DNA from: Planctomicrobium piriforme
Lineage (GTDB): Bacteria; Planctomycetota; Planctomycetia; Pirellulales; UBA1268
Reading direction: 5' to 3'
Length of the DNA: 64,000 nt
Assembly: GCA_945871035.1 (NCBI GenBank)
Contig: CAMBUD010000005.1
Location: 2,743 to 66,742 of the forward strand
Part shown: positions 26,912 through 37,404 of the stretch, piece after piece
Numbering within the stretch: the first letter of the stretch is position 1
Layout of the letters: each line of letters starts with the position of its first letter
Notes under the pieces: model-generated
What the model was told of the DNA's origin: nothing
The model's database searches: none
What the model saw: only the letters and a program-made list of their open reading frames with translations
Translations under genes and position numbers: made by a program

Positions 26912-29900
26912 TTATTTTACCGTGGAGTGCTCGTGTGGCATAATCGGTCGCCGCAGCGGTGGCGCAAACCACGGATAAATCGCTGGTACTACAAACAGCG
27001 TCAACAGTGTCGACGTTACGATCCCGCCGATCACCACCGTGGCCAGTGGCCGCTGGATCTCCGCCCCCGCACTGGTGGTCATTGCCATCGGCAGAAACCC
27101 CAAGCTCGCCACCAACGCGGTCATCAGCACCGGACGGATCCGATTCTGAGCAGCGAGAATCGCTGCCTCTCGCACTGCCAGTCCGCCCTGCCGCGAGTGC
27201 TCGGCGCCCGCCACCCAAACCAAGCCGTTGAGCACAGCGACTCCAAAGAGCGCTACAAACCCAACACCAGCGGCAACGGAGAATGGCATGCCCCGCACGG
27301 CCAGCGCGATAACTCCACCGGAGGCCGCTACCGGTACGGCAAAGAATATCAACGCAGCGAGCCGAAAAGACTTGAAGCTTGCATAGAGCAGCATCGCAAT
27401 CAGTCCCAACACCAACGGCGTGATCAACGCAAGCCTGCGGCTAGCGGAGAGCAGATTTTCAAAATCACCGCCCCAGCCGATTGCATAGCCGACAGGGATT
27501 TTTACCTGCTGTGCGATGACCTGCCTGGCATCCTGCACAAAACTGGCAACGTCCCGACCGCGCACATTGGCCGACACGTACGTGCGACGGCGTGAATTTT
27601 CGTGTTCGATTGAAGGCGGACTTTCTTCCATGCGCAGGTCCGCCAATTCGCCCAGTGGCACCGGCCGCCCGCCGGCAGAGCCCACCGGAATCTGCGGCAA
27701 GAGTTCGGGGTTTTCTCGCCATTCGGGCGGAAATTTCAGGATCAGTGGATAGCGGGGCCGCCCTTCAAAAATGGTGCCCGCGTGAATGCCTCCCATGGCC
27801 GACACGGTGCGCATCACTTCAATCCCGTCGATCGCGTGACGGGCCAACTGATCCGGTCGCGCATCAATTCGCATGGTCGGCACATTCGCCTGCCAGTCAG
27901 CGCGCACATCGACTGCGCCGGGAACCTCCCGGAGCAGACCCTCGATCTGCTTGCCGAGGTTGCCGATGGTGCTGAGATCATCGCCGTAAATCAACACCGC
28001 CACGTCAGCCTTCACACCAGCAACGAGTTCATCGACCCGCATTTCAATCGGCTGGCTGAAGCTGAAATTAGCCCCTGGTATCGCCGTCGTAAGTGCCTCC
28101 GACATACGATCCACAAGCTGTTCGTGAGTGACGTGTGTGGGCCATTGTGCTGGGGATGTAAGCATCACCCAGACGTCGGTCTGCTGCACCCCCATGATGT
28201 CGTTGGCGATCTCAGGTCGGCCAGTCTTACAAAATACAGTCTGCACTTCTCGGAAAGTCCGCAGCACGTTCTCGATGCGCGTTGTAATCGGTATGGAATC
28301 CTCCAGCGTGGCACTCGGTAGGCGGTTGACTTCAATCAATACGTCGCCCTCATCGAGCCGCGGCATGAATTCAGCACCCAGATTGAGTGCTACCGGAATG
28401 CTGACTACCACCAACCCCACTGCGCAGATCGCAACAAAGACCGGATGGTAAACCGCCAAGCGCGCCAGGGGTTGGTAGAGACGATGGAATATCCGCATCA
28501 GCAGTGGTTCCCGCTCTTTCTCACGAGAGAGCACCGTGGCTGCCAGCACCGGCATCAAGGTCAGCGACAGAATCAGCGAGCCGGCAAGTGCAAATAACAC
28601 CGTGATGGCCATTGGCCGAAAGAGCTTGCCTTCGGTGCCTTCAAGAAACAGGATTGGCAGATAGACAATGGCGATGATCAATTCCCCAAACATCGTCGGC
28701 CCACGCACCTCAATCGCAGCAGCGCGCACAATGCCGAGTTTTGACTCTGATGGCTTGGCTTGTGCCAAGCGACGAACACAGTTTTCCACCATGATCACTG
28801 AGCTATCGACAACGAGCCCAAAGTCGATTGCACCGAGGCTCATCAGACTGGCGGAAATACCGGTGGCCCACATCAAGTTGCTTGCAAAAAGCAGCGAAAG
28901 CGGAATCGCCAGCGACACAATCAACCCGGCGCGAACATTGCCCAGCAACACCAACAGCACGCCAACGACCAGCAACCCGCCCTCGGCCAGATTGTGCAAC
29001 ACCGTATCGAGCGTACGGGCTATCAGTAGCGAGCGATCGTAGATAATTTCAATATCGACTCCGGGCGGCAGTGTGGTGCGGATCGCCTCTAGTTTTGCTT
29101 TTGCGGCCTCGACGACGCGACGCGTATTTTCACCGCGGATCATCATCACCATGCCGGTGACAACTTCGCCGCGGCCATCGCGTGTAGCCGCTCCCTGACG
29201 CACGAGCGGTGCGATCGAGACTTCGCCAATGTCACGGATCAGCACTGGCACGCCGCCAGGTGGGCTGCGCACAACGACCTGCTGAATCTCCGCCTCACTG
29301 CCAAGCAACGCCTGTCCCCGAATGAATCGCTGCTCGCCGTTGTTGACGATGTATCCGCCGCTCGTGCTGCCGTTATTCCGCTCCAGCGACAGCAGCACCT
29401 CGCCGAGCGTGATTCCCTGTGAGGCCATTCTGTTCGGGTCGATCAAAACCGTATAGCTTTTGGCATAGCCCCCGTGACTATTGATGTCGGTTACGCCCGA
29501 CACCTCGCGCATGGCAGGCGCGATATCCCACTCCAATAAGCTGCGCAGATTCATCAGATTTTGACTGCTACTTTTGACCTCAAACTGCAGAATCTCACCG
29601 ATGGCAGTGCTGAGCGTGCCGAGGTGTGGATCGCCGTGCCCCAGCGCCATACGACTCTTGGCCTCGGGCAGTCGCTCGGAAATAAGTTGGCGGGCACGAA
29701 AGATGTCGGTGCCCTCACGAAAGACGATCGTGACCAGTGAAATACCGAAGCGGGAGATGCTGCGAATTTCCTCCACGTCTGGCAGACCACTCACCGATAA
29801 TTCAATTGGGTAGGTGATGTATCGCTCGACCTCGAGCGGCGTGAGATTGCCGGCCTCCGTCACAACCTGCACTTGGATGTTGACCAAGTCAGGCACCGCG

Positions 29901-30010
29901 TCGACAGGAATCTGCGTGGCGGCATAAAGGCCACTCATGGCCATCAGCAAAAACAGGGCGATGACAATCATCCTGTTGCCGAGCGACCATTCGATCAGAC
30001 CTGCAAGCAT
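26912..30010 (-). CDS. czcA: CusA/CzcA family heavy-metal efflux RND transporter
   Basis: DAVPDL, LMSLGAIDFGLVVDSSVIMVEN, EGKLFRPMA, GAEFMPRLDEG, RPVLMTA, GAEIQRPLATVVIGG. Confidence 0.92.
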   Translation of the reverse strand: MLAGLIEWSLGNRMIVIALFLLMAMSGLYAATQIPVDAVPDLVNIQVQVVTEAGNLTPLEVERYITYPIELSVSGLPDVEEIRSISRFGISLVTIVFREGTDIFRARQLISERLPEAKSRMALGHGDPHLGTLSTAIGEILQFEVKSSSQNLMNLRSLLEWDIAPAMREVSGVTDINSHGGYAKSYTVLIDPNRMASQGITLGEVLLSLERNNGSTSGGYIVNNGEQRFIRGQALLGSEAEIQQVVVRSPPGGVPVLIRDIGEVSIAPLVRQGAATRDGRGEVVTGMVMMIRGENTRRVVEAAKAKLEAIRTTLPPGVDIEIIYDRSLLIARTLDTVLHNLAEGGLLVVGVLLVLLGNVRAGLIVSLAIPLSLLFASNLMWATGISASLMSLGAIDFGLVVDSSVIMVENCVRRLAQAKPSESKLGIVRAAAIEVRGPTMFGELIIAIVYLPILFLEGTEGKLFRPMAITVLFALAGSLILSLTLMPVLAATVLSREKEREPLLMRIFHRLYQPLARLAVYHPVFVAICAVGLVVVSIPVALNLGAEFMPRLDEGDVLIEVNRLPSATLEDSIPITTRIENVLRTFREVQTVFCKTGRPEIANDIMGVQQTDVWVMLTSPAQWPTHVTHEQLVDRMSEALTTAIPGANFSFSQPIEMRVDELVAGVKADVAVLIYGDDLSTIGNLGKQIEGLLREVPGAVDVRADWQANVPTMRIDARPDQLARHAIDGIEVMRTVSAMGGIHAGTIFEGRPRYPLILKFPPEWRENPELLPQIPVGSAGGRPVPLGELADLRMEESPPSIEHENSRRRTYVSANVRGRDVASFVQDARQVIAQQVKIPVGYAIGWGGDFENLLSASRRLALITPLVLGLIAMLLYASFKSFRLAALIFFAVPVAASGGVIALAVRGMPFSVAAGVGFVALFGVAVLNGLVWVAGAEHSRQGGLAVREAAILAAQNRIRPVLMTALVASLGFLPMAMTTSAGAEIQRPLATVVIGGIVTSTLLTLFVVPAIYPWFAPPLRRPIMPHEHSTVK

Positions 30011-30086
30011 CAGCAGATTCCCTGTTCCGTCAGACTTTCGATTTCGTTCGCATTAGGCAGTGACCGTAAACAGATCAAACGCGCCC

Positions 30087-31760
30087 TCAACTTGCAGATG
30101 GGGGCGACTGCGCACCTGCTGTTTCCTCGTCGCCTTCCAGCAAGAGTTCACTCTTGAGGATGAATGCTCCGCTCGACACCACCTGCTGCTGGGGTTTGAG
30201 CCCACGCAGCACTTCGATAAAGTCGTCGCTTTCGATACCTGTTTCGATATTGTAACGACGAAATCTACCGTCCCCTTCCGCTACAAAAACAAATGCGTTT
30301 CCTTCGTGCCGCATGACGGCCGAAACGGGGACGGATAAAACTTCTCTTACCTTTCCCTGTGGGAGATCGACCCAGACAAACATGCCTGGCTTGTAATGGG
30401 CATCGTCATTGGCCAGCTCGGCCACCAGCGGCACGCTACGCGAATCAGATTCTACAATCGCCCCAACGTGGTTGACGCAGGCCGTTGCCTCGTGCACGTC
30501 GACTCCGGGCGCGCTGACGCGAATCGTTTGTCCCACGGCAACTTCAACCGCTGTCCACTGCCGTTCGTGAATCTGGGCCCGCACCCACAGCGTAGCGGTA
30601 TCGGCGACCACAAATAGTTTTTGGCCCGCCTGCACCCGTTCACCCCGGACAACAAAAACATCCTCCACCAAGCCGTCGAAGGGCGTCCGCAGAATAAGCG
30701 AACTAATGGCTTTCATTTCGCCAGCACTGCCCGACGGGCTTTCCTCGCTCATCACGATCACTTCCGAGTCGTCCCCTAGGCGACTACCGACGAGCATGCG
30801 CAGATGCTCTTGCGAAATGCGCACGAGGCGATCGGCCTGCTCAACCGCGGCCTGGGCACGGTTGCGATCTTGCTGGGTGAGAAACTTCGCCTCTTCGCAG
30901 GCCGCAAGGAGGTTGGCCTTGGCAACTTCTAGATTGCTGATTCGCTCGTCAACGATGCGGCCCGACAACACGCCGCCTTGGCTGAGTTGCTGGGTGCTGG
31001 CGCTGATCTTCTCAACGTAGAGCAGACGGGAGTAGCCGCTGATGATCTTTTCGCGGTAGACGCCCAGCAGACGGCCCTTGAACTCCTGCTCCACCTGTTC
31101 TACAGGTGGATGACTGTCGAGCATTCCCAGCAGATCCTCGACGTTATCGGCAATTGCAATAGCCCAGTCCGTCGCCTTTTTTTCAATCTCACGGTTGTCC
31201 TCACGCTTGCGAACTTCGTCCCGTGCCATACCAATTTCGGGGCTTGATACTTCGGCAAGCGAGTCGCCCTTGACGACCTTTTGCCGAACCTGCGCAAACA
31301 CGCGAGACACAATACCGTCTACCGGTGAGGCATAGTCGAGCCTTTGACGAGCGTTGTAGTCGAGACGGCCTGGCACGGTGATATGCTGGCGCAGGGGGCG
31401 TATCTCAGCTGGCGATAGGCTGATCCCTGCTGCCGCCTGGGCGGTGTTGGCTAGGGTCACTATCTCTGAAGTACCACCAGAGCCGACTTCTGAAGAACCT
31501 TTTCTATCGTCAGCGTTTTTCTGTGCGCTCGCGCCGTGCACCCCGACTGCTCCTGAATGGGGAGCCAAATCTGAGCCCGGATCTGGTCCGAGGTGATGGG
31601 TGGCCAGCCAGCCCCAGGCAGCCACGCCAGCCAAGAGAAAAGCGACTGTTATCAGCCCGCCCCAGCGGGATGCGGGGAGACCAGCCACTCGATGGACCGC
31701 AGATGGGATTGGCGGCCGAACTGAGGAACTGGATGAATCGGGTGAGTGAATCGCCGACAT
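30087..31760 (-). CDS. czcB: RND efflux membrane fusion protein (CzcB-like)
   Basis: N-terminal TM, SPVDGIV, LRTPFDGLV, YKPGMFV, VPVSAV, VVSSGAFIL; long helical insertion. Confidence 0.85.
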   Translation of the reverse strand: MSAIHSPDSSSSSVRPPIPSAVHRVAGLPASRWGGLITVAFLLAGVAAWGWLATHHLGPDPGSDLAPHSGAVGVHGASAQKNADDRKGSSEVGSGGTSEIVTLANTAQAAAGISLSPAEIRPLRQHITVPGRLDYNARQRLDYASPVDGIVSRVFAQVRQKVVKGDSLAEVSSPEIGMARDEVRKREDNREIEKKATDWAIAIADNVEDLLGMLDSHPPVEQVEQEFKGRLLGVYREKIISGYSRLLYVEKISASTQQLSQGGVLSGRIVDERISNLEVAKANLLAACEEAKFLTQQDRNRAQAAVEQADRLVRISQEHLRMLVGSRLGDDSEVIVMSEESPSGSAGEMKAISSLILRTPFDGLVEDVFVVRGERVQAGQKLFVVADTATLWVRAQIHERQWTAVEVAVGQTIRVSAPGVDVHEATACVNHVGAIVESDSRSVPLVAELANDDAHYKPGMFVWVDLPQGKVREVLSVPVSAVMRHEGNAFVFVAEGDGRFRRYNIETGIESDDFIEVLRGLKPQQQVVSSGAFILKSELLLEGDEETAGAQSPPSAS

Positions 31761-31940
31761 CGATATGCTTCCTACAAGTACACGACGGCCAGACGGCCGC
31801 AATTCATCGCTTTACTCTATCCGAAAATTGCACCACTGTTGAGAGGCGAATCGACAGGCGGATACCTAAAGAGAGCTTTGCTGGTTACGATGGTACTTTC
31901 CATCCATTGCAAGCAAAACGATTAGGTTGAGAGCAAGCCG

Positions 31941-33500
31941 ATGACAGCCACACGCACCGTTCGCATTTTCGACACCACTCTTCGGGATGGCGAGCAATCC
32001 CCCGGTGCGAGCATGAACCTGACGGAAAAGATGGAGATCGCGCAAGCCCTGGTGCAGTTGGGCGTCGATGTCATCGAGGCGGGCTTCCCCATCGCATCGC
32101 CTGGCGATTTTGAAAGCGTCCGCGAGATTGCCAAGGCCGTCAGCGGTGCAGTAGTTTGTGGCCTAGCACGCTGCAACAATGCCGATATCGAGCGTGCCTG
32201 GGAGGCACTCAAGCACGCACAGCAACCGCGCATCCACGTCTTTCTTGCCACCAGTTCCATTCACCGCGAGTTCAAACTGCGGATGAACCAAGAGGAAGTT
32301 ATCGCCCGGGCTGTGGCCGGTGTGAAGCACGCGAAGAATCTCTGCCCAGATGTGGAATTCTCTCCCGAAGATGCCGCCCGCACTGAAATCGATTTTCTCT
32401 GTCAGGTTGTTGAGGCCGTGATCGAAGCCGGTGCCACAACCGTCAATATTCCAGACACCGTGGGCTATGCCACTCCACTGCAAATGCACGCTGTCATCAA
32501 GGGCTTGCGCGATCGCGTACGCGGCATCGACCGCGCCGTCATCAGCGTGCACTGCCACGACGACCTAGGGTTGGCGGTTGCCAACAGTTTGGCTGCCGTG
32601 GAAGCGGGAGCCGGACAGATCGAGTGCACAATTAATGGACTCGGTGAACGGGCCGGTAACTGCTCCCTTGAGGAGGTGGTGATGGCGCTGCGCACACGGA
32701 GCGACTACTACTCCACCACAACACGAATCGTCACGCAAAAACTTGTGCCCACCAGTCGACTCGTGGCCAACATTACCGGCATTCAAGTGCCGCGTAATAA
32801 GGCTATCGTGGGCCGCAACGCCTTCGCCCACGAGGCCGGCATCCATCAAGACGGTATGCTTAAGGAACGTCGCACCTACGAAATCATGCGTCCGGAGGAT
32901 GTGGGCTTGGAGCGCACCGATCTTGTGCTCGGCAAGCACAGCGGCCGCGCTGCTTTGGCTGACCGCACCAAAGCACTCGGTTACCAACTCTCACCGGAGC
33001 AACTGCAGACGTTATTTGAGCGGTTTAAAATGTTGGCCGATCGTAAGAAGGAAATCTATGACGGCGATGTTGCCGCTCTTTGCGAGGATCAGTTTTCTGA
33101 ACTCCCCGAACGGTTTTCATTTGTCAGCTACGATCTTGCCTGTGCCAGCGGCCACGCACCGCGCGTGATGCTGCGAGTGTTGCAGGGCGGCGAGGAAAAA
33201 TCGGTTGAGGTCAACGCCGGCGATGGCCCCATTGATGGCATTTTTCTGGCAATCGAAAAGCTGACTGGGATTGCGACTGTCTGCCGGGATTTTCGCGTGC
33301 AGGCCGTGACTGTCGGCAAGGATGCGCAGGCAGAAGTGACTGTCGAACTTCAGTCCACAGACCCGGAGCAAAGTGGTCAAGTGCATCGCGGGAGAGGTGT
33401 TTCCACAGACTCGCTCGAGGCTTCCGCAAAGGCATTTTTGGCCGCAGTCAACCGGGTAATCTTGGGTGCCCAACCCCGATTGCATCCACAACGAACGTGA
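31941..33500 (+). CDS. leuA: 2-isopropylmalate synthase
   Basis: FDTTLRDGEQSPG, IPDTVGY, HCHDDLG, GERAGN, HEAGIHQDG, LGKHSGR, C-terminal regulatory domain (GDGPID). Confidence 0.96.
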   Translation: MTATRTVRIFDTTLRDGEQSPGASMNLTEKMEIAQALVQLGVDVIEAGFPIASPGDFESVREIAKAVSGAVVCGLARCNNADIERAWEALKHAQQPRIHVFLATSSIHREFKLRMNQEEVIARAVAGVKHAKNLCPDVEFSPEDAARTEIDFLCQVVEAVIEAGATTVNIPDTVGYATPLQMHAVIKGLRDRVRGIDRAVISVHCHDDLGLAVANSLAAVEAGAGQIECTINGLGERAGNCSLEEVVMALRTRSDYYSTTTRIVTQKLVPTSRLVANITGIQVPRNKAIVGRNAFAHEAGIHQDGMLKERRTYEIMRPEDVGLERTDLVLGKHSGRAALADRTKALGYQLSPEQLQTLFERFKMLADRKKEIYDGDVAALCEDQFSELPERFSFVSYDLACASGHAPRVMLRVLQGGEEKSVEVNAGDGPIDGIFLAIEKLTGIATVCRDFRVQAVTVGKDAQAEVTVELQSTDPEQSGQVHRGRGVSTDSLEASAKAFLAAVNRVILGAQPRLHPQRT

Positions 33501-33581
33501 GTTTTCCGGTGTTGCGTGCTGCCTTTTCTGTGGCGGGGCACACTATTGCCGCGGAGCACAAGAGTGTCTTACAACAGCAGC

Positions 33582-34514
33582 ATGCATGCGATCGCTGCCA
33601 ACACGTCTGTCCGTGAAACTCATCTCGGCATCGGCACGCGCTTTCGCGGCAAGGTTCGCGACTGCTATCGATTTGATAAGCACTTGCTCATTGTGAGCAC
33701 TGACCGAATCAGTGCCTTCGACTGGGTGCTGCCGACGCCGATACCGGACAAAGGCCGAGTGCTCACAGCCATCTCGGCATTTTGGTTTGATTGGCTGTCG
33801 ACCGGACCAGACCCCATCGCGCACCATCTCATCACGACCGACATCGACGCCATGAGCGAATTGGCTGCAGCGTGCTTGCCAGCGGGTTTTGATCGGGAAT
33901 CGCTGCGTGGCCGTTCCATGCTTGTGCACGGCACCGAAGTCATCCCGTTTGAATGCGTTGTCCGCGGCTGGATGGCCGGATCGGCACTGACTGAATACCG
34001 TCGCAGCGGATCGATCTGCGGCGTCAAGCTTCCTGCTGGGCTTGCCGCTGGGTCGCAGTTACCAGAGCCCATTTTTACGCCAGCCACTAAGGCCGATTCG
34101 GGGCACGATGAAAATGTCTCATTTGATTGTATGGCCGATCGCATTGGCTCCGAAGCGGCCAATCTGCTTCGCAACCAAAGCCTCGAAGTGTTTCGTCGCG
34201 GTGCCGCATACGCTGCCACCCGCGGCATCATTGTCGCCGATACAAAACTGGAGTGGGGTCGCACCATGGAAGGTCAATTGCTCTTAATCGACGAGGTGCT
34301 CACTCCCGACAGTTCACGATTTTGGCCGGCACTCGCCGCCGTTCCAGGACGCGTGCCCGATTCGTTTGACAAGCAGTTTGTGCGCGATTGGCTCGAACAA
34401 AGCGGCTGGGATAAGGCGAGTCAGCCACCAGACCTTCCCGACAGCGTTGCAGCGCAAACTCGCGAAAAATATTTTACGGCCTGCCGGTTGATCACTGGAA
34501 AAAGCCTCTATTAA
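33582..34514 (+). CDS. purC: Phosphoribosylaminoimidazole-succinocarboxamide synthase
   Basis: GKVRD, TDRISAFD, IPDKG, ECVVRG, PIFTPATKA, ADTKLE, DEVLTPDSSRFW, DKQFVRDW. Confidence 0.96.
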   Translation: MHAIAANTSVRETHLGIGTRFRGKVRDCYRFDKHLLIVSTDRISAFDWVLPTPIPDKGRVLTAISAFWFDWLSTGPDPIAHHLITTDIDAMSELAAACLPAGFDRESLRGRSMLVHGTEVIPFECVVRGWMAGSALTEYRRSGSICGVKLPAGLAAGSQLPEPIFTPATKADSGHDENVSFDCMADRIGSEAANLLRNQSLEVFRRGAAYAATRGIIVADTKLEWGRTMEGQLLLIDEVLTPDSSRFWPALAAVPGRVPDSFDKQFVRDWLEQSGWDKASQPPDLPDSVAAQTREKYFTACRLITGKSLY

Positions 34515-34536
34515 TTGAGCTATCCCCCCTGCCCGC

Positions 34537-34577
34537 CTGCTTTTTCTGGCCTGTTTTTCTGGGCTGTTTTTCTGGCC
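34537..34577. repeat. Three ~13-bp tandem repeats (CTGTTTTTCTGGC)
   Basis: CTGCTTTTTCTGGC / CTGTTTTTCTGGG / CTGTTTTTCTGGC in the purC-aroC gap. Confidence 0.8.
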
Positions 34578-34656
34578 TAGGGACGGACAACAATCGAAAC
34601 TAGAATCCATACAAGCGTCTGACAGCGCCCGCGTTGCCCCTTCACCCACGGCTCTT

Positions 34657-35811
34657 ATGCTTCGTTACTGGACTGCCGGAGAATCGCACGGCCCCGCGCT
34701 GATCGCCTTGATTGACGGGTTCCCCGCCGGTCTCCCGATCGACATCCCAAAAATCGATGCCGAGCTTGTGCGCCGTCAAGGTGGCTACGGCCGTGGCGGG
34801 CGTCAACGGATCGAAACAGACTCCGTCACATTTCTCTCTGGTCTGTGGCATGGTGTGACTCTTGGTAGCCCACTGGCAATGCAGATCGTTAACCGCGATG
34901 CAAAACTCGAACGGCTCGAAGAAGTCGATCGTCCTCGACCTGGCCACGCCGATCTGCCCGGAGCGATCAAGCATCTGGGTGGTGTCCGTGCCGTACTGGA
35001 GCGAGCCAGTGCTCGCGAAACCGCTGCTCGTGTTGCGGCCGGCGCTCTCAGCCGACAACTGCTCTCCGTCTTTGGGATTGAGGTGGCCGGTTGGGTTACT
35101 GAACTCGGTGGCCTTGCCCTCGGCGATGAGGGGTTTGGCTCAGGCCAACCAACACTGCCTGAGTTACGCGCGCTTCGCGATGCTAGTACGATTTATTCGC
35201 TCCATCCCGAGCGCGATCCCGAGGTATCTGCTCTCATTGATCGTGTTGGAAAGGATGGCGATACGCTGGGTGGAATCGTTGCCGTGCGAGTCGATGGACT
35301 GCCGATCGGCTTGGGCACGCATGCCCAGTGGGATCGTAAACTCGACGGTCGACTCGCCCAAGCTGTCATGGCTGTGCAGGCGATCAAGGGCATTGAAATC
35401 GGCATGGGCTTCGCTGCAGCCCGCTGCCGTGGCTCCGAGGTGCATGATGCGATTCACTACAGTCCCGCTGAGCGTGCCGGTCCGCAGTTGGGCTTCACGC
35501 GTCCAACCAATAATGCCGGCGGCCTCGAAGCCGGCATGACCAACGGGCAGCCACTTGTGATCAGGGCCGCCATGAAACCGATTAGCACCCTCCGCAAACC
35601 ATTGGAGTCGGTGAATCTCACGACCAAGCGGCCGGAAGAGGCCGCCTATGAGCGCAGCGATGTCTGCGCAGTAAGTGCTGCAAGCGTTATCGTGGAGCAC
35701 GTCGTCGCGTTTGAAGTGGCTGTGGCGCTGATCGAAAAGTTTGGTGGCGACAGCGTGGAAGAAATGCAGGCCCGGTGGTCGCTCTTTCATGACTTAGCAC
35801 GGAGTCGCTGA
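34657..35811 (+). CDS. aroC: Chorismate synthase
   Basis: TAGESHG, RPRPGHAD, ERASARET, NNAGGLEAG, MKPISTL, ERSDVC. Confidence 0.97.
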   Translation: MLRYWTAGESHGPALIALIDGFPAGLPIDIPKIDAELVRRQGGYGRGGRQRIETDSVTFLSGLWHGVTLGSPLAMQIVNRDAKLERLEEVDRPRPGHADLPGAIKHLGGVRAVLERASARETAARVAAGALSRQLLSVFGIEVAGWVTELGGLALGDEGFGSGQPTLPELRALRDASTIYSLHPERDPEVSALIDRVGKDGDTLGGIVAVRVDGLPIGLGTHAQWDRKLDGRLAQAVMAVQAIKGIEIGMGFAAARCRGSEVHDAIHYSPAERAGPQLGFTRPTNNAGGLEAGMTNGQPLVIRAAMKPISTLRKPLESVNLTTKRPEEAAYERSDVCAVSAASVIVEHVVAFEVAVALIEKFGGDSVEEMQARWSLFHDLARSR

Positions 35812-35829
35812 GAAGCCGGAGGAACAGGG

Positions 35830-37272
35830 ATGTTCGTTGAACGATCCGCAACTCGAACCCATCTGGTGCGAATCGTTTTCGTGCTTGTCGGCCTCTTGCC
35901 CTTCATCGCCTTAGCGGCTTGGGCTGTTCTGCGCCACTCTGATGGGCACCTGCATGCGCTGCGACGCGAGGGCGAGCAGATGCTCGGACTGCCGCTCCAC
36001 ATAGGCAGCGTCGAACACGTGCGCCCGGGCTTGCTGCGCCTGCGGTCGTGCACGGTGCGATCATCCTCGGGAAGCGCGCTGCTGGTTCTGCCAACTATGG
36101 AGGTTGATCTCTCTGCTGATGAGATACGACTGATGGTGCCGCAGTTGACGTGCAATTCTCGAGCGACCGCTGCGCTGGCTGAGATCGCACGCGCCTGGCT
36201 GCGTGAGCCGGCTAGATTTTCTCGTTCTTGGGTCATCGATGTGCGCGATTTTCACTGGAGTGCCAACGGAGTCGAAGGGGACGAACAGGCACTGGCTGTA
36301 CCCGCGGATAATCAAAGTGATTCGCAGCTACTGGGACTACACATCGAGTGCGTGGCGGCAGGCGACACGCGGGCCGTGCGCGTGCGATGCAATCCGCCTT
36401 CCGTCGACGAGGTGCGCGTGCGGCTCACCCTGCCGCCCAAAAATCTTCCCCCACTGACCAGTGATGAACATTCGCCTGCGGCCAACTCGCCTGCTGGCGA
36501 TCCATTGCCAGAAGGCAGCAGCGCGGGACGATACGAAATCAGCGGGCTGATTGAAAAACCCCTGCCAGTGCCGATTCTGGCCACGCTGGCAACGCTGGCA
36601 GGATCGCCGCTGGAAGAGAGTCTGTCCGTGCTCGGCACGGCAGCGGAGGCCTACGGAACCATTGAGGCAATTTACGAAAACAGACAGTGGAGCGGTCTGG
36701 CACGCGGTCGTATTGATCGGGTTGATCTCGCAGCGTGCACAGCGCAACTGCCCTACCATGCCAGTGGTGAAGGATGTCTGACGATTCCGCAGTTGGCATG
36801 GAATGCCAACCGCTTGCGGATGTGTCAACTGGATCTGGTGGCCGAGTCGGGGCAGATCAGCCAAGGTCTGCTCAACGCGTGTACTGTTGCGCTGGGATGC
36901 CGCGCGGGTGCTGCTTACCAACCGCTGTTGCCAAAAAATAATCGACGTTTCGACGATCTGGCCTGCAATGTGCGTATCGACTCTGGTGGTCTTGTGGTGG
37001 CCGCGCCGCTAGGACGCGCCGGTTCGCTCCTGCGAGCCCAGGGCTTATCGCTTCTCACTGAACCGGAAAACCGGATTGCGAGCGAGCGTTTAGCGTGGTT
37101 GGCTTCGCCCATCGACACCGTTGCGGTGCCGGCTTCCGCGGCGAGCGCTTGGCTGATTTCAGTCCTCCCTCTCTCCGACCGACCCGCTACCGATGCCAGC
37201 AGTTCGGCGGTCGAGAGCCGCCGTTTACCACCGAATCAGGCAAAGCGGCCCAGCAGTCGGGATGAATTTTGA
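35830..37272 (+). CDS. Hypothetical membrane-anchored protein
   Basis: 480-aa ORF 18 nt after aroC, N-terminal TM, beta-rich remainder; no recognised motif. Confidence 0.7.
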   Translation: MFVERSATRTHLVRIVFVLVGLLPFIALAAWAVLRHSDGHLHALRREGEQMLGLPLHIGSVEHVRPGLLRLRSCTVRSSSGSALLVLPTMEVDLSADEIRLMVPQLTCNSRATAALAEIARAWLREPARFSRSWVIDVRDFHWSANGVEGDEQALAVPADNQSDSQLLGLHIECVAAGDTRAVRVRCNPPSVDEVRVRLTLPPKNLPPLTSDEHSPAANSPAGDPLPEGSSAGRYEISGLIEKPLPVPILATLATLAGSPLEESLSVLGTAAEAYGTIEAIYENRQWSGLARGRIDRVDLAACTAQLPYHASGEGCLTIPQLAWNANRLRMCQLDLVAESGQISQGLLNACTVALGCRAGAAYQPLLPKNNRRFDDLACNVRIDSGGLVVAAPLGRAGSLLRAQGLSLLTEPENRIASERLAWLASPIDTVAVPASAASAWLISVLPLSDRPATDASSSAVESRRLPPNQAKRPSSRDEF

Positions 37273-37404
37273 CCTTATTTTGACGATGATTCGACTGGAA
37301 TCTGACCAAAAATAGCTGCGGAACAAAGCATAATACGTCACAGTAGAAACGCAGAAATGGCTGGAGTCGGTTCGCTCACCACCGTTTATCACTAGGAACA
37401 TCGC

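Noticed and set aside
31761-31940. Possible leucine attenuator or T-box before leuA
   Set aside because: No Leu-rich leader peptide, terminator or T-box motif visible.
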